In this document: in pieces, positions 1-14,304 of the stretch | How the letters are laid out: each line of letters starts with the position of its first letter | Position numbering within the stretch: position 1 is the stretch's first letter | DNA from: Glaucostegus cemiculus | Taxonomy: Eukaryota | DNA: 64,000 nucleotides | NCBI GenBank assembly: GCA_976551045.1 | Contig: CDPCPM010000050.1 | Coordinates: 9,548,001 to 9,612,000, forward strand | Direction of reading: 5' to 3' | Position numbers and translations under genes: made by a program | Notes under the pieces: model-generated | What the model was told of the DNA's origin: nothing | Seen by the model: only the letters and a program-made list of their open reading frames with translations | The model's database searches: none

Positions 1-349
1 TGCCTTTACTACAAAATGATAGAACAGAAATTTGTGTTGTGTAAAAGCAACAGCCTCTGTTCCAAAAAGACTATTCATGAAGTTCACTAAATAAGGGAAG
101 AAGATAACTTGAATGTCTACAGCATCATCACAGTCCCATACATCCTTACAGTTATTGTTATTATTGCCTAATAGGTACAAAATATGCATATCTCGCTCAC
201 CCAAAGGCCTCTATATTAACTCAGTGGTTTTGTTTTGGTGCTAATGATTGAAGATAAATTTGCATTCACATAATGTAATTCACATCCTCAGAACGTTTCA
301 AAGCAGTTCACACTCAATAAACTATTTCTCATTTAAACAACGTCAGAAA

Positions 350-590
350 ACATTGCAGCCAAAGTGTCGCACAGACAACAGAGAGATGAATAGAAGCTCA
401 TCTGTTTTCAGGGCTTCAGCTGAGGTGTAACTATTGGGTAGGACATTGGGTGAGGGATACGAACAAGCAAGGTGAAGAAAGGCACCAACAATATCACACA
501 GTGTGCAGAACATGTACAAATCCTAGAGTGTGCCTTTATTCCACAACCTTCTGGCTCAGAGTCAACACTGTTACTCTTGAGCCAAGTTGC
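350..590 (-). mobile_element. Decayed tRNA-derived (Deu-type) SINE
   Basis: AACCTTCTGGCTCAGAG...CTTGAGCCA (545-584) resembles the reverse complement of a tRNA-like SINE head; body heavily decayed. Confidence 0.4.
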
Positions 591-3500
591 AAGGTATTTA
601 CCCTAATCCCCAATGTGGGATAATCACCCAAGCTGCCTTTCAAGGCATTGCTTCTAAAGCGGCTAGTATAGTGACCTAACATTAAACGGTTTGCCTACCA
701 TCCTGAAAGGGACCTATTCTCAGAGCAGGGAGTGGGTGGTGAGGAAGGAGCATGGATAGAACGTGAAGACAATGAACAAAAGAACATTCAATATGGGTAT
801 AAAAATGTTCAGCAACTTAACTCTGACCTCTGATTTAAACATGTACACCCTGACATAAATCCTTATTCAAAATGGACAAAGGTGCAAAAATCTGTTCCAT
901 GTGGGTAGCAATCCTTTCACCAACGGGGGTAAAGAAAACCTCTTCTGTGTGGTAGCATTAGTACTTTCTGGACAGGTCCATGTTGAAAACAACGCCTGCC
1001 TGGAAAAGTGCAGATCTGATAACAATACATTACAAATTGCTGAAAATATATATTTGAACCTGAGATCAACCCAAGTTGATGGGATGGAAGGAGGATACAT
1101 GGAGGAGATCAAATAACCTTTGCTCAATGAGCTCATCATCTTAATAACTGGCAAATACTTTGAAAACACTAAACTCTCCAGGCAGATTGGATTTCAGGCA
1201 TGTACATTGATGGGATGTAGATGCTGTTTGCACATCACAACCCCTTAAAAAGAATTATTAAAGAAAGAAAATATAAGTTATATAACCATGCAGCAATGTA
1301 ACAGCTTGTCAATAGTGATAACAGGGTGGAGAATTTGGTCAGCTGTGTTAGGGTGGTACCCTGATAAAACCGAGACAAAGAAATGAAAACTTTGACAGCA
1401 AAAACCCGAAACAGATACTGCACTTAGGATGAAAACAAAATGGATTGATTTCAGTCCATGGCAAGGACTTTTACATGTCTCAGATTGTTTCTGTCTCTTG
1501 CAAACTGTCTCTGTGTAAATCCACAAAACCACAGTTCCTGTACGCTCGTATCCCAGCACTTCAATCATATCTCGTCACTAGCTGCCAAAAATGTACCATC
1601 CAACTTGTAGACAATCCGATCACTACCACAGATATGTGTGACTCTTAATCACTCATGGTTCCTATTATGACAGCAGCTGCTAATTCCTGCAATAGTAGTT
1701 CAATGACATTTTATATACAATTCAAACTTTGCTTATTTTAACTATGCTTAGAATGACTAAGAACTGCCAAAATAAATACGAGGTTTCAGCTTTGCACTCA
1801 TGACAATGAGGTAACTTTTCAAGTTAATTCCTTGCTCAATAGACAAATTATTTTAAGCAATTGCCAGCACAGTAGTGGACTGATTGATCAGCAGTGAATC
1901 TTTTCGGGCTTCACTGAAGTGTCTTACTATTTAGAACTTGTACATAAGGGGTTTATTCTTAGCTTGCTTTTGAGTTTCAACTTACCTTGTTTTAACTTAC
2001 AATGAAAATGAGATCCTATGCAAAGGAAAAATATTATTGTAATTCTTGTTATTCATTAAGGGAGAAAAGATAGCTCTAGTCTCTAAAGAAGTGCATTATT
2101 TATTCATCCAAGTGTTCCAAAGCATTAAATGTCCTTTTACTACAACTAGACCATGAGGAAAGTATATATTGCAAATTATTACAGTACTCTTGCCAAGTGT
2201 ACTGGTCTCCGGCCAGTCAAGCAAACCATTTGGGAATCCTGAATCCAACAGGAAATTCCAAGCATTTGCCTTGCCATTTGTTCTGTTTCCATTCCTAGAA
2301 CAAGTATAACAGTGGTTATTAGCTTGACTCATATAAATATTTAGAGGGTACTGAGAAGATTTATAAATATGTAAACTCTATTTTTATTACTACTTCTGAT
2401 AGGTTCAGATAATCAACAATAAGGCAATTGACACTCTAATATATTTTTTACTGCCAATATAAGCAGCTCTTGGTTTAAACAGGGCTTTTAGCCAGTGACT
2501 TAATCTTATGTATCAGATGTGGAGTCAGTGCAAGGAGTCTTGCAGAATGAACCTTTATCTGCTGGTTTGTTGGTACATAGAGGAATGGGTGCAATAGTAA
2601 AATCTTCTGTTGTGTTAAATCATGAAGATATAGAATATTAACAGATTTGGTTTGAATTGCTTTGTGGAATGTATGATTAATCCGATTGTGATGTTGGGAA
2701 TCTGAGTTTCAGTCCTGTTTGAAGTCATTTTCATTGTTGAGCTAAATGTTATTTGACACTTCAGTTTGCTGCTTTATTTCAGTCACCAAATAAGCTCATT
2801 TGTTTAAATTCAATTGGAGTGTGAGAATTCCTTTAGATAGCTAGATGCAAATCTCCATTCCCTGTGTGTTGTCTTGGATCTAGTACTTATAGTGGATTCC
2901 ACTGTTATTACAAGAGACAAGATGAAACATGAATGCAGCAGCAGAGGAAAGCACTTGCTTCAGGGGCAAAGACGCAATTAACTTTCAGGGGACTGGGGCA
3001 TGCCTTAAATCTATGGCCAACAGTATGCAGTGAACTGCCCACACTGACTAACCTACCCCCCCAATCCCCGCCACATTACCACCCCCCTATCTGTGCATGT
3101 ATAGCCGGAGGATGTAAAAAAAGAAATGTTTGAATAACGGCTGTTGCATACAACTGTGTGTTTTTCTCATCAGCAGTGTGGTTAACATATCACTAGCAGA
3201 TGGATGACAGCCAAACATCAATGAAAAAGAATTCATGTGGAATTCAAAACTGCATTATGATTTGATAATTATATTTCTGTTGGCATTTACAGCACATTAT
3301 TATAGCAAACTCATTTTTTTAATGTTGAAACTTCAATGTTGTCGAAGAAATTGGACAACATTTTGAAATGTTTGTACATATGTTTGTATGTAGCTCTCCA
3401 TGTACAACGATTCATGCTGTAAACTATGTGTACTGAAATCATGAGCACATTTTCCATAAACAGTCTATGGTTTTGCTATACCTGCCCTCCTGTGCAAAGG

Positions 3501-4325
3501 GAAATTTTCCCAGAGGAAAACAGAGGTTTGTTCTCTTGGCTAAGGACAGCTGGAACTTGAGCTATGTGAGTTTTGAAACCTTATTAAATAATTGGCTCCT
3601 CCCCAAGACAGAATAACAACCCATTCTTCGATTGAAGGCTGGCAAAGTACATCTCAAGATAAAATTTCACCAGAGATTTGACAACACCTGTCGAAAAGGT
3701 GCTTGAAGCCACAGTGAACCTGATAAACGATTGCCCAATAATAGGTTAATCTTAACTGCCTTTTTGAAAACTGTATTTGATGAAATTTTGTTTATAACAT
3801 CCTTCATATTCATTAAAACATGTTCCCCATCTTCCAAAGATAGTTCTGTTTTACCATAGGAAGAAAACACAGATGTGTATATCAGCCATCTGAAATCCCA
3901 GGTAAGTAGAAGGAAAAGTTTTACTTTAAAATTGACAGCTTGGTTGTAAACATGGAATAAATCCACACAACATTCCTGAATGGCAGTAATATGTACACAG
4001 CTATAAAAACTCTTGTTTGTGAAAGATACTTAAATACATGCTGTGATTAATCACACAGTCATGAAGCTAGCCTTGCTAATCATGTAGCAGTCAGAGGCAC
4101 TGTCTGAAAAGAAAGAACAATAAAACGGGTAGTCAAACAGTAATGCACTTTGACTGCAAGATTCATGCATTATACTATTACACTTTGGAAGTGATCAATC
4201 AGAGGATACATTTTGAGAAACCGCTTTCACCAACAGGTTTTGTAAAAATTGCATGTCTGGAAACTGGATCATGCCATACATTGGATCATGGCATAAAGAG
4301 GGGTCCAACATGGTAGATGGCATGT

Positions 4326-4682
4326 GAACACTCATTTAGGAGCAGGAGGAGGCCACTTTGCTCTTCAAACCTGCTCTGCCATTCAATAAGGTCATGGGTG
4401 CCCTGACTGTGATCTCAATAGAACATTCATGTCTACCCCCTTGTTTATAAAGAATTGATTTCCTTCTGCTTTAAAAAAAAATCAAGGATTCTGCTTGCAC
4501 TACTCTTTGAGGAAGAGAATTGCAAAGACTCACAGCCCTCTAAAAGTAAAGAACTTCACCTCATCCCTGTCTTAAAAGGGTGAATCTCAAATTGGGGATC
4601 ACTTTAAAACTGAAGTGATCCCCAATTCTAGATTCTCCACACCCACTCTGCAGAGACCCCACAGCATCTTATATGCTTCAAC
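4326..4682 (-). mobile_element. CR1-type LINE 3' end fragment
   Basis: TAGGAGCAGGAGGAGGCCA...CCTGCTCTGCCATTCAATAAGGTCATGG is the typical antisense CR1 3' UTR signature, followed by decayed ORF2 C-terminal sequence. Confidence 0.75.
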
Positions 4683-6079
4683 TGAATACACACTGAAAAG
4701 ATACAGTGTGCAATTTGGAAAAGGCATCAGCACAGGTGTCCAAGGTCCCTGGCTGAAGAAGAGATTGCAAACCTGTTTGAGATTTACTTTGTAAAATATA
4801 TTTGCAACTGTCTCCTGTCTGAGATGTGTAATCTGTGGTTGGTATTGTTAGGTGCTTGGCACACAAACCGCTGGTGCTCAAGGGATTGTTTAAGGCTCCC
4901 ATCCAAAATCTCTAATTATTTGAGTTTGGAGCCAAGTGGAGTTCCTGGCCAATTCTCATCCTCTTCCTGGTTATCTCCCTTCCCCCGGACTTCCCAGACT
5001 CATCATGGGCAGAGCCCAAATCAATGCTTCCCAACACAAAGAAGCTGTTTCTAGGACCACAGCTGACACCTGCAATTTGACAATAACCAATAAGCAAGGC
5101 TGCCAAATAAATTCCAACAGCCCTGTTACAGAACTCCTCCAGTGTGTCAGGTTCTCTCCTGGATTTAAGCAATATCCAAATTCTAAATCACTATACTCAA
5201 TGCATAGTCCATAGATTACCTTCATAGTTATATTCTCAAAAATTCATACTTATTTAAAATAGATAATAATATATCCTTGTCAACTCCCCAAATTTTAAAC
5301 CACTGTGTATCCTGTTGAATTTAAGTACATCAGACTAGATTCATTTAATATAAAGTTATGATTATTTTTATAGTGACTGTGTATCATGATGGAGAACAGC
5401 ATTAAGAAAATTAAATCAAAAGGAAACAAATGTAAAATATTTACTCTGATTATGGTACGGGTGTATGATGTTTAACGAGATTCAGAGACTTGGTTCCTGG
5501 AGATGTTATTGTTTTGAAGAATTACCTTAGCTGGCTAAGGCAAGTTGCTGAACTTGCACGGTGACTGATGGATGATGTTTGGTGAATAAGCCCAAAGTTG
5601 TATGCGCTAAAAATAGACCAAATGATTCAATACTATAACATCTAATCTGTCAGGTGCTGTGCTTAATCAAAATGAGACTCATATACAGTACAACTGTGTT
5701 ATGATCCATCCAGATCTGTGAAATGGAATGGTGTGCTGGGAAATGGATCACAGGACCAATGAAATATTGCAGGGGCAGGCGAAGACTGACTTAGGCTTGT
5801 TGGACCTGGTTCAGAAAGATCTTCTTGCAAAGGAGAAATGAGATTATTAATCAAAGACCTCTCTTGTTCAGCTCCATGTTGGTTACTTTTGGGCTTGTGA
5901 TGTCCTTGAGATAAATAGGAGCAAAAGGAAGGTCAGGGGAGGTGATATGGGATGTGGAGAGGAAAGGTGAAAAGTGCTTTGATTGCTGTGATTAGCAACA
6001 TTGGTTGTACAATCTTTAGGAATTTCCTGCCTCAATTGATTCAAAGAAGTTTACAGCTCAGGTCAATGCTGGTCAAAAA

Positions 6080-6740
6080 CAGCTCACCTCACTTCACCAC
6101 ATGGCGAGTGAAGAAAGTTTTCCCCAAATCCCTTGTAATCCTTCTATCGTTTACTTTAAATCAATGTTCCATCAGCTATTAACTTATCTGGCAAGGAAAG
6201 TTTGTCTTACCAACTCACCTCTTAATAATTTTGTACATCTAGGTTAAATCTCCCATCAGTCTCCAATGTTCCAATGAAAATAATCCCATTTTATCCAATA
6301 TCTCCACATAACCATCATTATCCAGCCCACTACTGAACCTTGTCCGCATCCTCTCCAGTACTATTAACTCCTGTATTTGGCTGTCAGAAACCTAATGACA
6401 TTGTTATATACATTGTGGTACACAGTTCTAGTATGACCCGACTGTTGTCATATTCTATGCCTCAGTCAATAAAGGCAGGTACCCTACATGCCTTTCATTC
6501 ACCTTGTCCACATGTCCTGCTACTTCCAGGGATCTGTGGTTGTGCACCCAAAAATCCCTCTGTTCCTCAACACTACTCAACACCCTACCACTTGTTGTGT
6601 ATCCCTAGTCTTGTTTACAAATAACCTTACACTTCTCTATGTCACATTCTACTTCCCAATTTCCCACCCACTTAATCAGTCAATTGATACTTCACTCCAG
6701 TCTAAAACTTTTTCCTTACCATCAATGACTTTACTAATTC
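6080..6740 (-). mobile_element. CR1-type LINE ORF2 C-terminal remnant
   Basis: Antisense motifs (ATAATTTTGTACATCT...AAATCTCCCATCAGTCTCC...ATCCTCTCCAGTACTATTA) parallel to the clearer CR1 copy at 37706-38218. Confidence 0.7.
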
Positions 6741-7925
6741 CAGTTTCCCTTGCATGCAGGAAGAAATAGTGAGAGGATTTACAGACTGATTAACAGTTTG
6801 ATGGACCATGATATTAAAAATTCCTTGCGTGTCCTATTATCCAAATACTAATAATCCTTTAAGAGCTCCTACAGCTCAAACAAAGAACTCTTGGTAGGGT
6901 CATAGAAGGCAAACCTACTCCCACTTTCACTCCTGCCTCCACTAACTAGATGTCAATCCAATACTCCTAGCCAAAGCTGCAACCCCCACTTGCCATAACG
7001 GCTCGAATGCTGAACCTCCTGGCTCAGAAGCAGGAGTGATGTCATTAGTCCAAAGGCTCACTTCCTGCATTCAGTCTGTCATGTGAAGTTGTAAATATGC
7101 TTTTAAAGAAAGACCTTGCGGAAGAAATTTTCACAAACACAGTTACCACACCACTACAGATCAGAACCAGAGATCCTTCCCCTATGGTTACTGCCGCTAC
7201 AGACAGTAAATCAGAAGTAACTTAGATGAATGCACCTCCTTTGGTCTAATACTATCTCTAAAATTGGATGCCACTATTTTTAAATTGATTTTCTTTTGTC
7301 TTGGAGCTCCCAGTATATATTTTCAACAACTCTTATTTTGAAATCTCTTGCAGCCATTATGGTGAATATGTGACAAAATCAAATTTTAAAACAAAACATA
7401 AAAAATGTATAATTTTTGCTGTAATTTGATCAATTTTTTTGCATTTTAAATGAAATATAAAAGTATGAAACTGGCTGATACATAGTTCCTTGTATAGGGA
7501 TGTGAAATAAAGGATCTGCTCAACAATAGCAATTATAGGAATTGGGATATATTGTTTAAGAAAATGTGCCTAGAAGTTGGATCAATATGCACATGTTTTT
7601 ATGCACATTTTGTGTGGAAAACCATTTTCTGTGCATTAGATCATTCAAGTGATCATTTCCTGGCTTATTTGTGACCATAAGGAAATTGGCCGAGACATGA
7701 TTCACTTTAGCACATCTAATGTTTACTCTTCACCAGACATCCAGCAGTAATGACTTTACTCAATGCATGGCAGCTATGTCTGTGTTTACCAACAGAAACT
7801 GGCTGTTAAAGGTGTAACCTGCATCCTTCTTATTTTTACTCACAGTAAAACAAGGAGCAAACCCCACAGCAAACTGACAAAAAAGATATGAACTGGGCAT
7901 TGATGTTTTTCCCACAACCTCTGCC

Positions 7926-8720
7926 AGACATCTACTGGTCCATATTTATATATCCTGTTTGTTATGTCCTCAAAGAACTGTAGCAAATTTGTCAAACACA
8001 GTTCCTCTTTCATAAAACCATGTGACACTGCTAGATTGTCTTATGATTTTTATATGTGTCATGCTTACCTCCTTTTTAATGGATTCTAGCATTTTCCCAT
8101 TGACAAATGTCAGGCTAAGTAACCTACAGTCTCCCTTCTTTCTTGAATAGTGGCATTACATTTGCAGTTTTCCAATCCTCTGGGACCTCCCAAGAATCTA
8201 GGGAACTTTTGCAGATTACAATCAATGCATAAATTATCTCTGCAGCCATTTCCTTTAAAACTCTAGGAGGTACTAATGATGGAAATTGTTTTAAGTTCCT
8301 CCCTCCCTCCAGTCCTTTGATTATCTGTCATTATTGGTTCTCTTTAGTTTCTTCCGTCATGAAGATGGGTCCAAAATAATTATTTAGTATCTCTGTCACT
8401 TAATTATTTCCCATTATGAAATCCCCAGTCTCATCCATGAAGGCCACAATGTTTACATTAGCTAGTCTCTTCATTTTTACATACCTGGAGAAACTCTTAT
8501 TGCCTTTTTAAATATTATTTCCCAGCTTAATCTCATACCCTATCTTCTTCCTCTTTGTAATGTTTCTAGTTGTCCTTTGCTTGTTCCTAAATATTTCTTA
8601 ATCCTCTGGTTTACTACTTGTTTTCCAATATTCTTTGCCTTTTCTTTCAATTTGATTAGTTCCTTAGTTAAACATGGATGGGGTATCCTTCCTGTAGCAC
8701 CTTCCTTTATCACCAGAATA
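7926..8720 (-). mobile_element. CR1-type LINE ORF2 (RT N-terminal part), pseudogenised
   Basis: Minus-strand translations SHGFMKEELCLTNLLQFFEDITNRIYKYGPVDV (cf. QHGFxKGKSCLTNLLEFFEDVT...PVDV) and PCLTKELIKLKEKA (cf. PWLTKEV...KEKA). Confidence 0.88.
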
Positions 8721-9185
8721 CACATTTGCTAAAGTTAATGAAAGAGAATTTTAAAGTTCAGACAGCAGGTGCCCATTCCCTGAAGTCCCTGAATCTTTCT
8801 ATTCCAAATACAGGCCTGACCCTTCTTACTGTTCCCCCTTATTCTCCCCTATACCACAATGGTATAAGGACAGACTTGGCTAAAGTGGACCAGGGAAATA
8901 GGGTAAGGTGGTAGATTAGCAAGGAGATCTTTCATTAACCTCAGCAAATGTATATTCTGGTGAAAATCATATAATAGGACATGGAGGGGTAGAGATTAGC
9001 ATTCAGACAAGTGATCAGTTTTTCAGGGGATGACTTTGGAGACACAATTATGTAGTGGGGGAAGGAATGGAGATATAATCAGTTTGTGCAAATGGCATTG
9101 GCAGTAAGAGTGGGGTGGGTTATTGGGAGCAAATTGTCAAGAAAGTTTCTTAAGGGAACCTATCTCAGAACTTTAATACCTTGAC

Positions 9186-9392
9186 CAACACAAGAGGCAC
9201 TGGAGGAACTCAGCAGGTCAGGCAACATCTGTGGAGGGAGATGGACAGTCAATGTTTTGGGTTAAGACCCTTCATCTGGACTGGAAACATGGACTGTCCA
9301 TTTCCCTCCATAGGTGTTCCTGATCTGCTGAGTTCCTCCAGCCCCTCTTGTGTTGTTCCAGATTCCAGCATCTGCGGTTCCTTAAGTCTCTG
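9186..9392 (+). mobile_element. Non-autonomous Penelope-like (pLTR-derived) fold-back element with 10-bp TSD
   Basis: ~70-bp inverted arms (9186-9257 and 9285-9355), tail to 9392, flanked by identical ATACCTTGAC at 9176-9185 and 9393-9402; arm sequence related to the termini of the GIY-YIG element at 40495. Confidence 0.85.
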
Positions 9393-12300
9393 ATACCTTG
9401 ACTCCTAGCCATAAACCTGGTAAAATCGGTTTCCTTTAACGAAAGCAGAAGTGGGCCTCAGACACACAAATGAATATTTTTCATGTAGTGTTAGAACATG
9501 AATTGTATGGAGGACCAAGAACAAAGTTTGGAAACCAGGTGACTGGTGAACAAAGGACCCGACCGTATATAACAGTCAGGCTTCAAATTAAATTATTTCT
9601 CTTCATGCCCTGAAATGTTTTCCTTTGCACAAGAATTTCTAGTTATTGATATTTTCTTTCCCTTGGCAAGTTTTGGAAACATGGTTATCAAAATATATAT
9701 TTCCTTCTTTTAGATCTTGAATTTGAGGGATTTTTCACTTATGTAGACATTCAACTGAAGCTTATCTCATAGCAGCTTTACTATGTGCTTCAGTAGAATC
9801 TCATATCCTAGTGCTTTACATACAACTGCTGGTGCTGTACATATTATTTCATTCTTGCAAATATTTGTAGTCACTGTGCAGGCAGTGAGGCATTCCAGCT
9901 ATGGGCAAAGTTATAATTTTAATGTCACTCACAGGTTGTCTATTTACCTGATATCTTACTGCAGAATAGAAAGATATCTTAAATTGATAGTTCTGCTGCA
10001 GTATTCTTCATGCTATCTTTGTCTTGATGAAACAGCCCCTATGATCTATAAAATGTAGTCTGGTGAAAGACGCCACAATTCCTACTAGTTCCAAATTTAT
10101 CGTATCAGCAGTGGAAATCACCAATGCAAATCTACCATGCTGAAGTCATTTAAATACCACAGAGGACAAGGTATTTTAGACATCAGGAAATCAAATCCCA
10201 TTTCTCAATTAAAATTGTTTATTCTCAGAATGAGTTAAAGATTCAGATTTGATCTATAACCCTGAAGGGTAATGGTAGGGCATTGTGACAAATATTTGTA
10301 GATTCTTTTGTCTTCCAAGTGAGAGATAGCGCTATATTCACACAAGCAGTAGTGGTCTTTCTTGAAGTGAAGTGTTAAATACAAGAACGATCTTCCCTAC
10401 GATTTTCACAGAAATTATGGCTTTCTGTTACACCCCTCAGGCAGACAATTGCAAATTTACATGACGATCATGCTTATTTCATACAGTCTTTACACATAAT
10501 CCACTTTTAATTGCAACTATCAAAGTGAAAACAAAGTATGTATTATATATTTAACTACTATTGGTTAGAATAGCTCTTTTAGCTAAGGGCTCAGGTGATG
10601 TTATGTATCAAGAGACTAACTGGATTGTGGACATCATCTACATCCAAATCTAATCTTATTATTGACTTTTTAAAGCCTTTTATTTTGACATACAATATTG
10701 TTGTGCAATCTCTATAAAATGGATGTATGCCTAATGAGAATTTAGAAAAGTGCTGACATTAAAGTGAATGAAAACTGCAAGAGGCCATTGTGATGGCACC
10801 ATGACAGAATAATAACATGATGGGACATACAAGATGGCATTACAAAGGAATTAGGGATGGTCAGCAGTAAGAAACAGGACCATAATTTAACTGAGATAGT
10901 CAGATGACATCATAAACCACACTCCTTGGCTTGTTTATGGCTATTATCTCCTCCAAGAGATTAAAGCAAGTTTCCAGTCACATTCAACTGTTGGTTTATA
11001 AACAAACAGGGGAAAATTCTTATTGCAAAAAAACTTGTGTGTGATAAATATTGGAAGCTGATTCAATGAATTTTGCTGACTGACAGCTTGCTGTAATAAA
11101 GCGAGTATACAGCATAGTTCAGGTATATGACGAACAATCAGCCCATTGTGGAAATTGCTGCAATTCTCCACTTTGTTTCAATGGTTCTAATGCAAAAAAG
11201 GTGTTGCATTCATTATTCCTTCAGATTGTGAGCCTGTAGGCTTGACCTGAAACTGGCTGCATGTTGCACAGAAAGGACTGGGATCTTGAGACTGACTGTT
11301 TCCTGTAGCTGAACTCAGATGAATGTTTTGAAAGTGCAATTAAGAGAAACAATCTGTGTGCTGACAGGGATTAAGTGCTCTGTGACTGGAGGCATTGGTT
11401 TGCATTGATCTGTGAGGCACATTCCAATGCTCTTATGCCTGAACAATGGAAGAATTGATGAGCATTCACTTTTTCACTATAAACAGATACTAATTTCACT
11501 ATAAGAAGAGAACTGCTCTATTCATTTCATTCAAAATGATTGGAGAAATCAGAAATATTTCACTAATGGCATTTCACCATATTCCATCTCACCATTTTTA
11601 CTTACAATGAAACTGGCAACTTCAGTTAATTGATTCAGTTGCTTCAATTAAGTGATAATTTATCCTTCCAGGTTTTGACAGTTCGGTGACCATGGTGACA
11701 TTCTTTGATATACTATGGCTCTATCTGAGAGCAAAAACATGTAGAACACTATTTCTATTAAGCACACTTTACTACAAGTTTAAAGACTATTATTTGGGTA
11801 TTTCTGCACTTAATAAATGAAATAAGGTTTCAACCTCATATTAAGGCAGAATTAAGTATTTTATCATAACTTGAAACTTCAGCCACATCTTATGCCAACA
11901 TTTTAGGTTTGCACATGAACTAGGACAAGAATTCTCAGCAGATCTGAACTATGGTAAGTTCAAGGGACATTCTGGTGGGTCGTAAACAGGGATTTCAAGA
12001 TGACCCTGTGCTTTTGAACATAAGTGGAAAGATCAAAGGCCCAAAGGTCCAGACTTGTATCGCACTCAAAAATGAACTTGAATGTGTACTTACTACAACT
12101 TGCCTGGAGAAGATTAATCAGCAAACCCAGACAACACTCTAGTTGGCAGGTTTCAAGAAATACATTTTCAGTGGTGTATATTAAAACCATTAAAATATTT
12201 CCAAGAAATCTCTTTAAACAGAAGGCTGAAGTCATGGAAATACACAGGATTGTATAATCCACTTTGTTATTATGGTAATAAACCATATTCTCTTACAAAT

Positions 12301-14304
12301 GCTTCTTTTAATATAAACTCACCACATCTCTATTGAAAAATAAGCTGTTTGGAAATAGCTATAAAATAAGATTAAATCTGGATCTGATATATTCCTTTAG
12401 CACAAAGGACAAACTATATAGGATTTTTTCAGCAAACTCAATGGCAAATCAATGCTGCCTTTCGTGAGCTTCTGAAAACTAATAATACCTACTACCTTAT
12501 CTTGCGTTTACAAGGCACTTGCCTTTATCATAGCACTTAAAGACAAACTTGCTCATGTTTTCTAATGACCTGGAAGATAATTATTAAAAAGGTGGTACTG
12601 CAAAATTTTCTCATACAGCTTCACCACACTGAGCCGTACAGATGAAGGGGGGTCTTGAGTTGAGCTTTGATCTGTGCTCAGTTAGATGATCTTGAGTTGA
12701 CAGTAGATAGGGGGAAGGGGAAGTAATAGTTACAATTGGAAATGGTTCGGGTCTGAACTTAAGGCTGCTATAGATCTAAGAGTGGTGGCTGTAGAATGCA
12801 AAGCACAGCAAACAAATTGAAGTTTTCTCATTACCTGTTGGCAGGGAGGGGTTCAGTGCCTGTATACCTATAAGGTAGTGCACGTGAGCCAGTGTCTGCC
12901 TCCTTGGCACATAACAAATGTTCTCATCAATTAAGCTCAGAAAGCCCCAGAAAATACTATAGGGTGTCCCAGCTTCACAATGGATTGGAATTATACTCCA
13001 AAATTAATTTGCAAAAGTGATGAGTGACAGTTTTACGGAGTAAGCTTCGCACAGCTTGGGTTTAGTGCATGCACCCAACAGACAGGATGGGTTCAGACTC
13101 CCAAGTTATACAGTTACAATCCTGGTGCGACTAAATGGCATCTAGTGCCCAGTATTGCAAAAGTAGGTGCTTAGCTGCAATCTATAGTGCTCTGCACCAT
13201 GCACCAATATTGCCAGGGCTCAGAGTAGGTACTGATCCACAGATAAATGACTGGAAACATTTAGGCTGATTGGAGAGCATCTGGGCTGGATTTATGCTTT
13301 GAAGTAACATTAATTTAAAGCAGAAAGTGGCTTGCAACCAGTGAGTAATCCCACTATATACACTCCAATTTCTAATATATGTAGATTTGTTTGCCTGATT
13401 TATACATATGTAAGAAAAACTTTCACTGAAGTATTGGATGATGTCTCTATTATAACCAAGGAGGCAACACATCACAACTACACAACCTTCTTTCTAGTTC
13501 TATTCAGTCTGCTTAGATCAGCACAGTCCCAAGACAGGTTAATGTGCTGATTAAAAACAAAGGATGAATTAGCAGTTTTTGGAAAAAAGCTCTTACATAC
13601 CTGATTAATACAGTAATAAATACAGGCAGTCAAAACTGTACATTTGTTTTCACAAAGATATTGCAACACATACACAGGTCAATACATCACAACTGTTTTT
13701 GTACTACAGAATGCAACACAGTTTTAATGTGGTTGGTTGCTTTTATATTTTGTCCTTCAATATTTGTCTTCTATATTTTTAAATGTATCCTATTAATTCT
13801 CAACTCATTCTCTAATCAATGACTAAAACCCTCCTTCAACCTTCATGAATCTGTGTCTGCTTTCATCTTATTTAACACTCTAGCTGCAACAAAAAAATAA
13901 CTGTTGAGATTTTGACTGAAAACCATGTATGGTCCAGATTTGCTTTTCTTTAATGAACAGACTTTCCTGTCTGTAATTTCAGAATGCATTTTGAAATCCC
14001 ACTTTAGAATGAGTCTTACCAGACCACCGTTCGGTACCCTACAAGCAATCAATGAGAGATTCCTGTTTTAACTTCCATTGTAATGTAGGAGAAAAAAGGT
14101 TGATGGCTGTAGATGCTGCTGTTTTTTAATCTAATATGCCTACACATTGAATATTTAGGTCCAATGACTCGCTCAACAGATTACTTCTGGCATCTTGGGA
14201 TTTACGTCATCTTAGCCACAAAGCATCTGAACATATAAAACTGAATAAATTGCTTTGTATGTGCCTAAACCATCATAAAGCACCACACAATTCATCTTTC
14301 CTTC

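Noticed and set aside
901-1116. ORF containing CLEKCRS...ENIY, reminiscent of SPRING1/C12orf49 (CLAKCRT...ENTY), a neighbour of MED13L in human
   Set aside because: Similarity is limited to a few residues of a normally well-conserved protein, the rest does not align and there is no convincing exon structure; most likely chance. TBLASTN with SPRING1 would settle it.
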